A stretch of DNA of 63,233 nucleotides, filler included, from Octopus bimaculoides (GCF_001194135.2; 10 parts of 8 records of this genome joined end to end with filler, not necessarily neighbours in it), one strand, 5' to 3'. Positions 26,469 through 39,059 are shown, counted from the first letter of the whole stretch. A program made the numbers and translations. Notes: a model not told the origin generated them from the letters alone.

Positions 26469-27358
26469 TACGTTGTCTGATCAATAAGTATCATACACGT
26501 TGTCTGATCAACTGATCAATAAGTATCCGGATGGTTGCTATAGTAACAAATCTAAAGCACGGGGAGTGAAGCCGCTTGGTACAGATTCACCTTCAACTCT
26601 GTTCTGTAGGTGCACTAAACTTTAACGTTCTAGCTCACTTTCGCTGTTTAGAGTAGTGCTTGGAAGGAAGGTGTGTAGCGTGTGATAGTTGCATTGACCA
26701 TGACAGAGAAAGTTGAGCAGAGAATCTGCATCAAATTTTGCTAAAAGCTTGGCGATACCTGCTCAGAGGCCTACGCAAAGTTTTCAAAAAGTTTTCATCG
26801 TTCTCAACTCAATCAAGGAGATCTTGTGCTACTGAAATCCGAGTGTCTTCTTGGTCAGCTGAAAGCAATTTTGGCACAAACTTGGCAGACACGCGTCTCA
26901 TACCCAAATCTTCAGTGATTATGGACTGAACTGTAACTAATCTGCACACCCTTTGACAATTCACGGATGGTGATTCGACAATTTCCCCTCACAGCTGCAC
27001 ACACATTTGCGATGTCTTTTTTTTAGTTCTGCTGGTTGCAGGTCTCCCAAAACGTTCGTCAATATCGACAATTTTTCGGCCATCTTGTAAGCAGCTGAAC
27101 TTGTGTGCGTTTCATACACTCCTCTCCATACACTTTTTGTAACTTTGCGTAGGCCTCTGAGCAGGTAGCGCCATGAAAACTTTCTCTGTCATGGTCAATG
27201 CGACGATCACACGCTACACACCATCCTTCTAAGCACTGCTGTAAATAGCGGAAGTGAGCTAGAACGTTAACACTTAGTGTGTATGCACACCAGAGTTCAA
27301 GGTCAATTTGTGCCAAGCGACTTTACTCTGGCAGCAGTCCGGATACTTATTCATCGTA
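26469..27358. mobile_element. Mariner derivative made of two inverted 5' ends (foldback, non-autonomous)
   Basis: The + arm encodes MTEKVEQRICIKFC*KLGDTCSEAYAK. The - arm encodes ..TCSEAYAKLQKVYGEECMKRTQV..IITEDLGMRRVSAKFVPKLLS. Both ends have TA plus related TIRs. Confidence 0.85.
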
Positions 27359-27416
27359 TGTGTGTGTGCGTGTATGTATGTATATATGTTTATATGTATG
27401 GGTGGGAGTGTGTGTG

Positions 27417-27481
<65 letters not shown>

Positions 27482-27512
27482 ATGTATATATATACATATA
27501 CATATACACACA

Positions 27513-27543
<31 letters not shown>

Positions 27544-27556
27544 TTACATGCATGTA

Positions 27557-28807
27557 TTAAGTCGTCAAGTATGAAATTTGTGGAAAAGAAAATAAGTTTG
27601 CTAATATTTTATAAATACAAGGAATAATTTTATTCATCAAAATATGCACTCATATTGTCAGTACATTTTTGCCATTTCAGCAGTAGCTCTTCCAGCCCGG
27701 AACTGTAAAAACCTGGCAATCTAGAGTCAATAAAATCTTGGAAGGCCTGTTTTACAGCATCGTCGGAATTCATTTTTTTTCCCTATCAAAACGTTATCAA
27801 AATTTTGGAAGAAGTGGTGGTCAATGAGGGCAAGATTAAGTGAGTATGGTGGATGATGGAAAACTTCCAACTCCAACTTCTGTAGTTTCGCCAATGTCGT
27901 TTTTGCGATGTGTGGTCTGGCGTTGTCTGGCAATAAAACAGGAGTGGATCTGTTGACAAATCCTGGTTGTTTTTTTGTAAGTTTCTGCATCATTCAGTCC
28001 TGTTGGCTGCAGTATAATTTCGCCGTGATTGATGAGCCAGGTTTAATGAAATCGTAATGGACCACATCTGCGCCAGACCACCGAACACACACCGTCAGCT
28101 TCTTTTGATGAATATTGGTTTTTGGACTGTTTTGGTGGCTCATCTTTATCCAATCATTGTGCTGAACGTTTACGGTTGTTGTATTGGATTCATTTCTCAT
28201 CACATGTTTTAATTCGATTAAAAAATTATTCACTTTTGTGAAGAGAAAGTAGCATAATGCAGGGTCCCAAACGTTGCTGTTTCTGATTTTCATTGAGTTC
28301 GTGTGGAACCCACTTATCCAACTTTTTCTCTTTACCGCTTTGAGGCAAGTTAATATTGTTTGCTTGCTAACACCAAACAACAATGATAATTCACGGGCAC
28401 TTTGAGATGGATCTGACTCGACGGTGGCTTTCAGTTCGTCATTATCTGTCCTTGTTTGTGGTCGACTGTGTTGCTCATTTGGGAAGTCAAAGTTACCAGA
28501 ACGAAAGCAAACCAATTTGATACTGTCTGCTGTGTAATAGCATTAGAACGAAATACTACATTAATATTCCGAGCTGTGTGTGATGCTGCATTTCCAAGAA
28601 AGAGCTCATATTTCAAAACTATACGAATTTCCGACTTATTCATCTCTAAGTAAAATTAGCAAAAAATGATTTATAAATACTTTATAAAGCGCATGTCAGC
28701 TTTCTAATAAAAAAATAAAGATTATCAAAATATAATAATGGCGCAAAATGAGCAGCTGTCAAAGTTTACCATATACCTTACTACAAATTTCATACTTGAC
28801 GACCTAA
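27557..28807 (-). mobile_element. Near full-length mariner transposon (D,D34D-type), transposase pseudogenised
   Basis: TIRs tta(a/g)gtcgtcaagtatgaaatttgt flanked by TA. Translated pieces MNKSEIRIVLKYE.., WVPHELNENQ, TCDEK, DNARPH and HPPYSLNLALIDHHFF, with stops and frameshifts. Confidence 0.93.
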
Positions 28808-29464
28808 TATATACATATGTGTGTGTATGTATGTATGTATGTATGTATGTATGTATGTATCAGCACAGGTGAATCGGTAATTCGAACAGAAATTCCCTGC
28901 TGTATTAATATGCACAGAATTATTTCCTCTTACGTCACTGTCCACTTTACATTTCATATCTTTCGATGACTATAAGTTGCAGACATTGTAAAGGGAGGTG
29001 GAGGATATAATCGAACCCATCTTTCGAAAATGGTGCTACTCCAGCATGGCTGCAATGAAAGAAGATAAAAAGAAAGAACTGATAATGAAGCTAATGTGAT
29101 GTCTTCGCTAGACAACATTGCAGCCGATTTCATTTTCTAATTGGATTTCATTTCAGGAAGACAAATACTGCATTTGAGTAAGAAATAAAGATGGCATGTG
29201 ATTAGTAAAGGTGTTTCTGTGTTGTACATACTTCTCCTAATGCAAATTAGATATGCAAATGAAGTGAAATAGCAATGAACTAGAATCAAAAGCTGCTTTA
29301 GATGTCAGCTGTCGTTAATCCATAATGTCCACTACAGAAATGGAACTATTGAGCTTGAAGAGAGATAATGGCCAATTTAAGTCATTATCTATGTCCAGCC
29401 GTCAACTGACTGACGTCTTGGAGTATGTACGTGTGACTGTATTTATGTATATATGTGAATGTGA

Positions 29465-29533
<69 letters not shown>

Positions 29534-29695
29534 TGTGTGTGTGTGTGTGTTATCTGTAGGCAAATATCTATGCGGATNNNNNNNNNNNNNNNNNNNNNNN
29601 NNNNNNNNNNNNNNNNNNNNNTTAATTAATTAANNNNNNNNNNNNNNNNNNNNNNNNNNNNNNNNNNNNNNNNNNNNCGGTATATAAACCCGATA

Positions 29696-30720
29696 TATCA
29701 GGTTGAGTTAAAAGTTGTTTTTTTTCCGAATTTTATTCCTTATTTTCATACATATGATATAAAAATTTATTCTTTATTTTACAGCTTTGATAATGAGTGG
29801 TGAAAAAATTGCAATTAGGGCCATTTTAAACTATTAAAGAAAAAAGGACTGAGTGCAATGGCAGCAGCGAAAGAAAATAATGATGTGGAAGACCCAGGAA
29901 TTATTAACGAACGTGTGACAAAAAACTGGCTCAGGCGTTTCAAGGAAGGTGACACCAACCTTGAAGAGAGACCAAGGTCAGGGAGACCTCTTGTCGAAAC
30001 GAGGCCTTGAAATGGTTGAACATAAGCACAAACACTCGTACATTGTCGATAGAACATGGTTCTACACAAAGCACCATCAATCGACACCTCCAAAAGCTCA
30101 GCCTTGTGAACAGGCGCTATCATATAACCAATGACGAGGCTCAACTACGTGTGAACATTTGCAAATAACTGCTGTCAAATCCTCGAGATGCCTGTGTTTT
30201 GGTATCGAACTGTATCTGGGGATGAAAACTGGATCTATTTTTCTAATCCTAATCAGAGGAGTCAGTGTCTTCGTTCTGGCCAGTCTTCAGAAGCTGTAGT
30301 CAAACAAAGACAGTGTGAACAGAAGTTCATTTATGTGTTTGGTGGAATTTCGAGGTGGGTGTTGCACTTTGAGCTTGTCCCACATGTTCATGCTGTAAAC
30401 ACAAACCTGTGTGGTCAAAAACTGCAGCAAGTATATGGAAAGCACGCACTTCTACAGCATGAGAATGGAAGGCACGTACTTCTATAGCATGACAATACCT
30501 TAACAAACTTGAGCGTCTGGAAATGTTGCCTAACCCTTCCTACAGTCCACACCTTGTACCATCGCAGCACCTTTTCAGAGTCATGGCTCATTTCTTTCAC
30601 GGGCGGAGGTCCAACCATGGTGCAAGGAGTTTTTAAATCTAAACCACCCAAATGGTATAGGCGTGGAACTGAGCATCTGGCACAAGCATGGCAACAGACA
30701 ATGGAATATAACGGGATATA
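29696..30720 (+). mobile_element. Decayed mariner transposon of a different subfamily
   Basis: Translates ..KKGLSAMAAAKE..NWLRRFKEGDTNLEERPRSGRP and VSGDENWIYFSNP..; many stops and deletions. Confidence 0.85.
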
Positions 30721-31887
30721 TTTTTATATATAAATGCTTTACATATGTAATTTNNNNNNNNNNNNNNNNNNNNNNNNNNNNNNNNNNNNNNNNNNNNNNN
30801 NNNNNNNNNNNNNNNNNNNNNNNNNNNNNNNNNNNNNNNNNNNNNNNNNNNNNNNNNNNNNNNNNNNNNNNNNNNNNNNNNNNNNNNNNNNNNNNNNNNN
30901 NNNNNNNNNNNNNNNNNNNNNNNNNNNNNNNNNNNNNNNNNNNNNNNNNNNNNNNNNNNNNNNNNNNNNNNNNNNNNNNNNNNNNNNNNNNNNNNNNNNN
31001 NNNNNNNNNNNNNNNNNNNNNNNNNNNNNNNNNNNNNNNNNNNNNNNNNNNNNNNNNNNNNNNNNNNNNNNNNNNNNNNNNNNNNNNNNNNNNNNNNNNN
31101 NNNNNNNNNNNNNNNNNNNNNNNNNNNNNNNNNNNNNNNNNNNNNNNNNNNNNNNNNNNNNNNNNNNNNNNNNNNNNNNNNNNNNNNNNNNNNNNNNNNN
31201 NNNNNNNNNNNNNNNNNNNNNNNNNNNNNNNNNNNNNNNNNNNNNNNNNNNNNNNNNNNNNNNNNNNNNNNNNNNNNNNNNNNNNNNNNNNNNNNNNNNN
31301 NNNNNNNNNNNNNNNNNNNNNNNNNNNNNNNNNNNNNNNNNNNNNNNNNNNNNNNNNNNNNNNNNNNNNNNNNNNNNNNNNNNNNNNNNNNNNNNNNNNN
31401 NNNNNNNNNTATATATATATATATATATATATATTGATTGATTGATTGATTGATTCATAGGTATATATATTCATTCCATATCGTTCACTTTGTGGTAGCT
31501 TTGAAAGTTGGATATAAAATGTATGTGATGCTCTATATGCTCATCACTTTCATCAAGTTTTTTTTTATTGAATCCTTCAAGATTGGTTGCCACATACTAC
31601 CAGTCATAAGGAGAACCTATCTTCTTTACACCAACTGGTGATACAGACAATTCTTGAAATATAATATTTTATCGTGAAAGACTTTCTAAGAAAAAAGATC
31701 ATTCATATTTCTTGTATACTGTGTATGTATGGTTAAAACTCCATTTATTTTCAATTGTATAAATGCCATGTTGAAATAATTTAATTATAATTGCTATGAT
31801 CATTGTCGAGTACTTAGGTGACAGAATATCTTGCTAAGACTAATTGTTTTCTACATTATGGAATACGTGTGTGTATATTTGTATATA

Positions 31888-32140
31888 CACGATCGTTAGA
31901 TTGTGATATCAATTCCTAGACCGTGTGGTGTGTTGTTTTCTTGCACAAAACACTTGGTCTCAGGTTGCTCTGCAATCACTTCGATACTTGATGCGTGATA
32001 CACAGTGCACCTATTCAGACGACGTCGATTTGATGGAGAGAATGAGCTAATGTGATCACTATAAACATCATTTGTGTAGTTGTTCAGCAAAATCGGAACA
32101 CATATACGTCATTTTGACTGGAGAGTCCATCATGTATATA
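31888..32140 (+). mobile_element. tRNA-derived SINE, family H
   Basis: Reverse-complement homology to 37420-37726 (cattagctca..catcaaatc..aggtgcac..ctaggaattga). Confidence 0.65.
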
Positions 32141-33280
32141 AGATGGCTGCCTACTCGTGACCGAAGAAGACAATCACTGACCATTGCCCATGTAAAACAC
32201 CAACAATGACTGTGCATGAAGTTAATGTACCAGACAGTTTTACCTGGGTTCGATGCTTGAGCTTCCATGCTTGCCGTGGTGTCTTCCTGCTCGATCTGGC
32301 TTTCGATAGTCACCACGCCGGTGATTGCACAGCCTAAAAGGCTTGCACCGCACCCCTCAGTCACTCCGCATTCTACTGACATGGCCCAAGCGTGGGCAAG
32401 CTATCTAGTACCAATATGCTTTCTCAGACTCAAGAATGTGGGGGCGCCATGATCTCTAGTGCGAGAAAAAAATTTCAAAATATTCAATGCCATTCTCTGC
32501 ACATCTGGTTTTATATCAGAGTGACCTACTCCTACAGAAATGTTTTAGCAAAAACTGAGGGGTGTCTCACAGCCAGTGGTCTTCTAGTACGACGGACATC
32601 AACCTAGAATTTCTATGGGTCTGTACTATTGCTAGATATTCATTGTACCTACACTAGGTTCATCCGTCCTTTTGACATGTCTTGATTTTAGTCTTGCTAG
32701 GTTTCCAGCAACCCTCCTCACCATGCACAATTGCCAGCATCTTCAAATTTGCAAACTAGAATACCATACTGATGAGGAAATGAAAGGTTTTCACTGTTCT
32801 GATCCAGAAACGCGTCTATGATTAACTAAGACTGGTTAGTTTCGTTATTTTTTCTTTTTGTTTTGCCTTTGTGAGTTACAAGCATTGCTATCTGTTGGAG
32901 TTTTAGCACTTTAGCCGCTATTTCTGAACTTCGGTATGTGGTGAAGCAACTGTTGCTGATCCCTTAATTATATATATATATATATNNNNNNNNNNNNNNN
33001 NNNNNNNNNNNNNNNNNNNNNNNNNNNNNNNNNNNNNNNNNNNNNNNNNNNNNNNNNNNNNNNNNNNNNNNNNNNNNNNNNNNNNNNNNNNNNNNNNNNN
33101 NNNNNNNNNNNNNNNNNNNNNNNNNNNNNNNNNATATATATTTATTTATTTATTTATTTATGTATGTATGTATGTATGTATGTATGTATGTATGTATGTA
33201 TGTATGTATGTATGTATGTATAAAGAGAGAAAAGGATAAAGAGAACAATGGCAAAGTTAGAAATATATTTTATGGAAAAA

Positions 33281-33329
33281 GTCTTACAGCTGTTTCAGGG
33301 AAAATCCAATGTATTCCTTCATCGGAGAC
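33281..33329 (-). ncRNA. Minimal hammerhead motif, U4C core variant (left arm)
   Basis: GUCU-CCGAUGA-AGGAA..UUCCCU-GAAA-CAGCUG-UA-AGAC. Confidence 0.65.
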
Positions 33330-33648
33330 AGAAATAGTACAGGAATGGATTATTATATCTATAAGAGGAGAGTTGTAGTAGGAGGTGAGAGTGATGCGCT
33401 GAAAAAAGAACAGAGAAGAAACAGTACTTGGAGTGTAGCTTCATTCCAGTAGTAAACATCCGTGTAAATGGTCCTTGTGGGTATTTTCCGGAGATAATTG
33501 TAGTAGTAAAGGTGGATATATATCATATCGTGTCCGGAGTATACTGTACGTTGTTTACTCAAAGGATAGCCCAAATCAGCGCATCACTCTCACTTCCTAC
33601 TACAAATATCCTTTTATAGATGTAATAATCCATTCCTCTACTATTACC

Positions 33649-33697
33649 GTCTCCGATGAAGGGATACATTGGATTTTTCCTGAAACAGCTGTAAGAC
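33649..33697 (+). ncRNA. Minimal hammerhead motif, U4C core variant (right arm)
   Basis: GUCU-CCGAUGA-AGGGA-12 nt-UUCCU-GAAA-CAGCUG-UA-AGAC. Stem I is GUCU/AGAC, stem II is 5 bp, and helix III is the palindrome CAGCUG. Confidence 0.7.
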
Positions 33698-33849
33698 TTT
33701 ATCCATAAAATATATTTCTAACTTTGCCATTGTTCTCTTTATCCTTTTCTCTCTTTATACATACACACGCTAATACACAACCTATGTTATAATCCCCACT
33801 CATGTTTATACAACGAAAGGGGCAAAACTAGCCGGTATACAGTACTTAC

Positions 33850-34671
33850 TTGGTATTACCTGAATCTTTGGGTTTGGTTGAATCCAATGCCCTTCANNNN
33901 NNNNNNNNNNNNNNNNNNNNNNNNNNNNNNNNNNNNNNNNNNNNNNNNNNNNNNNNNNNNNNNNNNNNNNNNNNNNNNNNNNNNNNNNNNNNNNNNNNNN
34001 NNNNNNNNNNNNNNNNNNNNNNNNNNNNNNNNNNNNNNNNNNNNNNNNNNNNNNNNNNNNNNNNNNNNNNNNNNNNNNNNNNNNNNNNNNNNNNNNNNNN
34101 NNNNNNNNNNNNNNNNNNNNNNNNNNNNNNNNNNNNNNNNNNNNNNNNNNNNNNNNNNNNNNNNNNNNNNNNNNNNNNNNNNNNNNNNNNNNNNNNNNNN
34201 NNNNNNNNNNNNNNNNNNNNNNNNNNNNNNNNNNNNNNNNNNNNNNNNNNNNNNNNNNNNNNNNNNNNNNNNNNNNNNNNNNNNNNNNNNNNNNNNNNNN
34301 NNNNNNNNNNNNNNNNNNNNNNNNNNNNNNNNNNNNNNNNNNNNNNNNNNNNNNNNNNNNNNNNNNNNNNNNNNNNNNNNNNNNNNNNNNNNNNNNNNNN
34401 NNNNNNNNNNNNNNNNNNNNNNNNNNNNNNNNNNNNNNNNNNNNNNNNNNNNNNNNNNNNNNNNNNNNNNNNNNNNNNNNNNNNNNNNNNNNNNNNNNNN
34501 NNNNNNNNNNNNNNNNNNNNNNNNNNNNNNNNNNNNNNNNNNNNNNNNNNNNNNNNNNNNNNNNNNNNNNNNNNNNNNNNNNNNNNNNNNTCATCTTGGG
34601 GTTAAAGACGGTTGTAAAGTCCGATTCGTATGGAACAACCAAGTTTGAAGTGGTGACAAACCTTATCACGC
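33850..34671 (-). other. Possible coding exon or exons spanning an assembly gap
   Basis: Open frames on both sides of the N gap (VIRFVTTSNLVVPYESDFTTVFNPKM / EGHWIQPNPKIQVIP), ending at a GTAAGT donor (33844-33849). The acceptor is weak and the protein is not recognised. Confidence 0.25.
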
Positions 34672-34820
34672 TAAATAGCTACTACTTTCATCTCTTATAG
34701 AGATTTTCTAAATACTTTGTTATATATATAGGCGCAGGGGTGGCTTATAGGCACAGGTACAAAAATGGAGACGCCAAGCCAGTTGAGACTTAAATTGAGA
34801 CGTCCGCGCAGCTGGAAGTG

Positions 34821-34854
<34 letters not shown>

Positions 34855-35140
34855 GAACGCGCGTACGAATGCACGTACATATGTATGTATGTGTGCATGT
34901 ATGTATGCGTGTATGTATGTATGTATGTGTGTTTGCATTCATACATATAAATATATGCAGATAAACAGATAGAGACATAGATAGACTAGAGAGATAGCTA
35001 GAAAGACCTTCAATTATGTCGAGGTATGAGAGCGAGAGAGCTGAAGCAAATAATTGGAATATGAAACAGTGAATTAATCATACCAAAGACGATGAGAATA
35101 TAAACAATATGTAAAAGACACACACAAATCCAAACACATC

Positions 35141-35183
<43 letters not shown>

Positions 35184-35446
35184 CCTGAAAACACATACAC
35201 ACTCGCATGCATAAAATCAATGTAATCTATCATTTCTTATTCAAATAGATTCAAATATATATGCATTTGCGTTTGTGTGCGATATGCATACAAACATGCA
35301 TACATATANNNNNNNNNNNNNNNNNNNNNNNNNNNNNNNNNNNNNNNNNNNNTTAATTAATTAANNNNNNNNNNNNNNNNNNNNNNNNNNNNNNNNNNNN
35401 NNNNNNNNACATTCTAAGATTCCTGCTAGTATTGTTGTGGAGGCGC

Positions 35447-35834
35447 AATGGCCCAGTGGTTAGGGCAGCGGACTCGTGGTCATAGGATCGCGGTTTCGAT
35501 TCCCAGACCGGGCGTTGTGAGTGTTTACTGAGCGAAAATACCTAAAGTTCCACAAGGCTCCAGCAGGGGATGGCAACGAATCCTGCTGTACTCTTTCACC
35601 ACAACTTTCTCTCACTCTTTCTTCCTGTTTCTGTTGTACCTGTATTTCAAAGGGTCAGCTTTGTCACACTGTGTCATGCTGAATATCCCCAAGAACTACG
35701 TTAAGGGTACACGTGTCTGTGGAGTGCTCAGCCACTTGCATGTTAATTTCACGAGCAGGCTGTTCTGTTGATCGGATCAACTGGAACCCTCGACGTCGTA
35801 AACAACGGAGTGCCAACAACAACAACAACAACAA
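35447..35834 (+). mobile_element. Full-length tRNA-derived SINE, family A
   Basis: ggaggcgcaatggcccagtggttagggcagcggactc..ggtttcgattcc head and (CAA)n tail; closely similar reverse copy at 40650-41040. Confidence 0.9.
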
Positions 35835-35957
35835 TTTAGTATCATTATACCTAAGTGAAATTATGAAATATGTGAGTGAGCGTATGTGAACAAGAAAGGA
35901 AATGAAAGAAATAACTCATGGCCAGTGTCATGTATTTCAACAACATGACTGACACTC

Positions 35958-36455
35958 TGTCAGTTATGACGATGATGGTTCAAGCTGATCTGATCAATGG
36001 AACAAACTGCTTGTGAAATTAATGTGCATGTGGCTGAGCACTCCACAGACACATCATCATCATCATCTTTTAACATCCGCTTTCCATGCAAGCATGGGTT
36101 GGACGAACTGACTGAGGACTGGTGAACCATATGGCTACACCAGGCTCCAATCTGATTTGGCAGAGTTTCTACAGCTGGATGCCCTTCCTAATGCCAACCA
36201 CTCAGAGAGTGTAGTGGGTGCTTTTACGTGCCACCAGCGGGACCCTTAATGTAGTTCTCAGGCAGATCCACATGACACAGAGTGTGACAAGGCTGGCCTG
36301 TTTGAAATACAGGTACTACTCATTTTTACCAACCAAATGAACTGGAGCAATGTCAAATAAAGCTTCTTGCTCAAGGATGCAATACATCACTGGGAGCTCA
36401 CAATCGCAAGACCATGAGCCAAACACCCTAACCAGGAAGCCATGTGCCTTCACAC
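35958..36455 (-). mobile_element. Family A-type SINE interrupted by an RTE-tail element (36053-36240)
   Basis: SINE sequence stops at ctccacagacac and resumes at gacccttaatgtagttctc. The insert matches the reverse complement of 49270-49470. Confidence 0.8.
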
Positions 36456-37419
36456 TTCAACAGTGCGGACATACATCAAATAGCATACAACATAAACCCT
36501 TGATCTATTAAAATTATTTCTGCCTCTAGTGGATGTAGCACTATTACCAGATGCAATTAAGACCAGCTCCACTTGAGAAGGAGAGATACTCTCATAATTC
36601 AAGTATTCTCCAAAGTAGACATACCATCAAGGAAAAGGACAGGCTTATTGACTGCAGATAAGAGGAAATGTTATGTATGTATGTATGTGTGTGTGTGTTT
36701 GTATGAATGTTTGTGTGTATATATGTTTGTGTTTGTTTACAGTTGTGCGTCTCCAAATGTAGTTGGACTACAGGCAGTGATGTTGTTGGCATTTCTCTTA
36801 ACAAACTGTCTGCTGGCTTTGCACCTTTTCAATACATGTAGAATAAGGAATCCTTTACTTGAAATACAGATAAGGATTAGAAATAGGGAAGGCATCTGGC
36901 TGTAAACCAATGCTTCAATAATATATTCATTTAACTCATTCTAGTATGTGAAAACAAATGCAAAAGCAAAAAGAAAAAAAAATTCATCAGTAGAGGTACC
37001 CAGCACTGCTTGGATATTGTATCAAAGTAACGCCAAGCAGTAAAAGTATAATGCTCAAGGTGTTCAGCTCATGATCAAAAGGTTGTGGATTCAATCCCTA
37101 GATCAGGTGGCACATTGTGTCCTCAAGTAAGGCACTTCATTATCACATAACTCCTGCCATCAAATCAACGTTGCCTTAGTCTACTCAACTGCAATGAGTA
37201 CCAGCCAGGTACTAGTGAAGCGCTCTGGATATCTAGTTGTACATCCACTGTGATCTGATGGGTCAAGTGTGAAGTGGCCAAGAAGGTATCTATGTCTGCT
37301 TTCCACTACATAAGTACCTAAAACAATTTACAGAAACAGGATACATGCTTATAAAGTCAAACTTGCTCACAGGTGATGTACATCGAAACTTTATTTTTAA
37401 TACTATGTAATGTACTGAC

Positions 37420-37726
37420 ACTAGCACAGATCCATGGACTCTCCCTTTGAAGACAACGTTCAAGTGTTCAGCTTTTGCCGAACAACCTACACAAATGATT
37501 TGTTTGAAGGGATCAAATGTATGTATTGTACATTAGCTCACTCCCGCCATCAAATCAGCATTGCCTAAACAGGTGCACAGTGCACCATGCGTTAGGTGTT
37601 CAAGTGATCGCAGAATAATGTGAAATGGAGTGTTTTACCCAAGAACACAACGCACCACCCTATCTAGGAATTGAAACCACGATCTCGCGATTGCAATACC
37701 CTAACCACTAGGCCATGCGCCCTCAC
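37420..37726 (-). mobile_element. SINE family H
   Basis: tRNA-like head at 37650-37726 in reverse; body homologous to 31888-32140. Confidence 0.65.
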
Positions 37727-38214
37727 TGATTACACTGTAATTAACTCATAAAATAAGAGCTCTCCCTATTTTCATTAAATGTAGGAATTACAGTATGCTA
37801 TTGTTTCTAGCAAATTAAATAACTACTTATAGGCTTCCTCGTTGGCTCACAATCACATATAGACTCTCTTTCTCTCTCTCTTTCGTTTATATAATTTAGT
37901 CAGTTGACACCCCTCGTTTACAATGTCTTCTTCAGATTCTGGTAACTTCATCACCACCACCACACAAAAACTGGATGATTTTTTTTACTAATTTCAGTCA
38001 TTAAATTCCACCAGCAGAGGCACTATCTTTAAGAATAGTCAATTGACTACTTATTTAATCATCAATGTCAAAAGAGATGAAATCATAGCAAGGTGACATG
38101 AGTGTAAAGGGGCATAACTCAGATGGAGCTAAATATATATGGAAAAGCATTCGCTTAAAGTATTGATTTTATTTATCCCATGCCAACACACACATAAATA
38201 TATATCTTTTTATC

Positions 38215-38424
38215 TTTTATCTCTTACTTGTTTCAGTCATTAGACTGTGGTCATGCTGGGGCACCACCTTGAATTTTTAGTTGAATGAATCCACTCACTA
38301 GGCTTTGATCAACCTAGATCTATAGAAGACACTTGTTCAAAATGCTACACACTGGGACTGAAACTGAAACCATGTGAGTGGGAAGCAAGCTTCTTAACCA
38401 CTCAGCCAGCCATGCCTGTGCCTG
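38215..38424 (-). mobile_element. Internally deleted SINE family D
   Basis: The tail (tacttgtttcagtcattagactgtgg) is joined to the head and CORE-like block (gaagacacttg..ttcttaacca). Confidence 0.7.
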
Positions 38425-38565
38425 TTTGTTTGGGCATTAGGTCATGATTTGTGGCAAGAAGGGCTTCAGTCATAAAACACTGTCACCATTACTGCATTCT
38501 ACTAATCCATGCTAACACGGAAAATTGGATGCAAGAGTTACAGAAAGTGTTGTTGCTGAAATTAA

Positions 38566-39012
38566 TCATGGTTTCAAATTTTGGCACAAAGCCAGCAATT
38601 TTGAGGAAGGAGTAAATTGATTACATTGACCCTAGTGCTCAACTGGTACTTATTTTATCGACCCCAAATGGGTGAAAGGTAAAGTTGACCTTGGCAGAAT
38701 TTGAATGCAGAATAAAGTCAGATGAAATGCTCCTAAGCATTTTACCTGGCATGCTAAAGATTCTGCCAGCTCACTGCCTTTTTGCTGAATTTAATAATCC
38801 TTTCTACTAAAGGTACAAGGCTTGAAATTTTGGAGGAAGGGACCAGTCAATAACATTGACCTCAGTACTCAATTGGTACTTATTTTATCGACCCCAAAAG
38901 GACAAAAGGTAAAGTTGAATTTGGAAACATTTGAACTCAAAACAAAGTTGAACAAAATGCCGTTTAGCATTTTTCCCAGCCTGCTAACGATTCTGCCAGC
39001 TCGCTGCCTTTT
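38566..39012 (-). mobile_element. Two adjacent family B SINEs (38566-38781 and 38795-39012)
   Basis: Both are full-length reverse copies with different tail variants. Confidence 0.85.
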
Positions 39013-39059
39013 TTGCTGAACTTAAGAGGAACATGATTGGCCTGGATAAAATGCAGTGT

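Larger units (their letters stand above)
33215..33764. mobile_element. PLE-like foldback element with about 188-bp inverted arms (33215-33402 / 33576-33764), each carrying a hammerhead motif
   Basis: The arms are near-exact reverse complements around a 173-bp spacer. Confidence 0.8.

Noticed and set aside
35447-35520. tRNA-like sequence
   Set aside because: It is a SINE head: it continues into a SINE body, has no proper acceptor stem, and recurs in reverse at 40960-41040.
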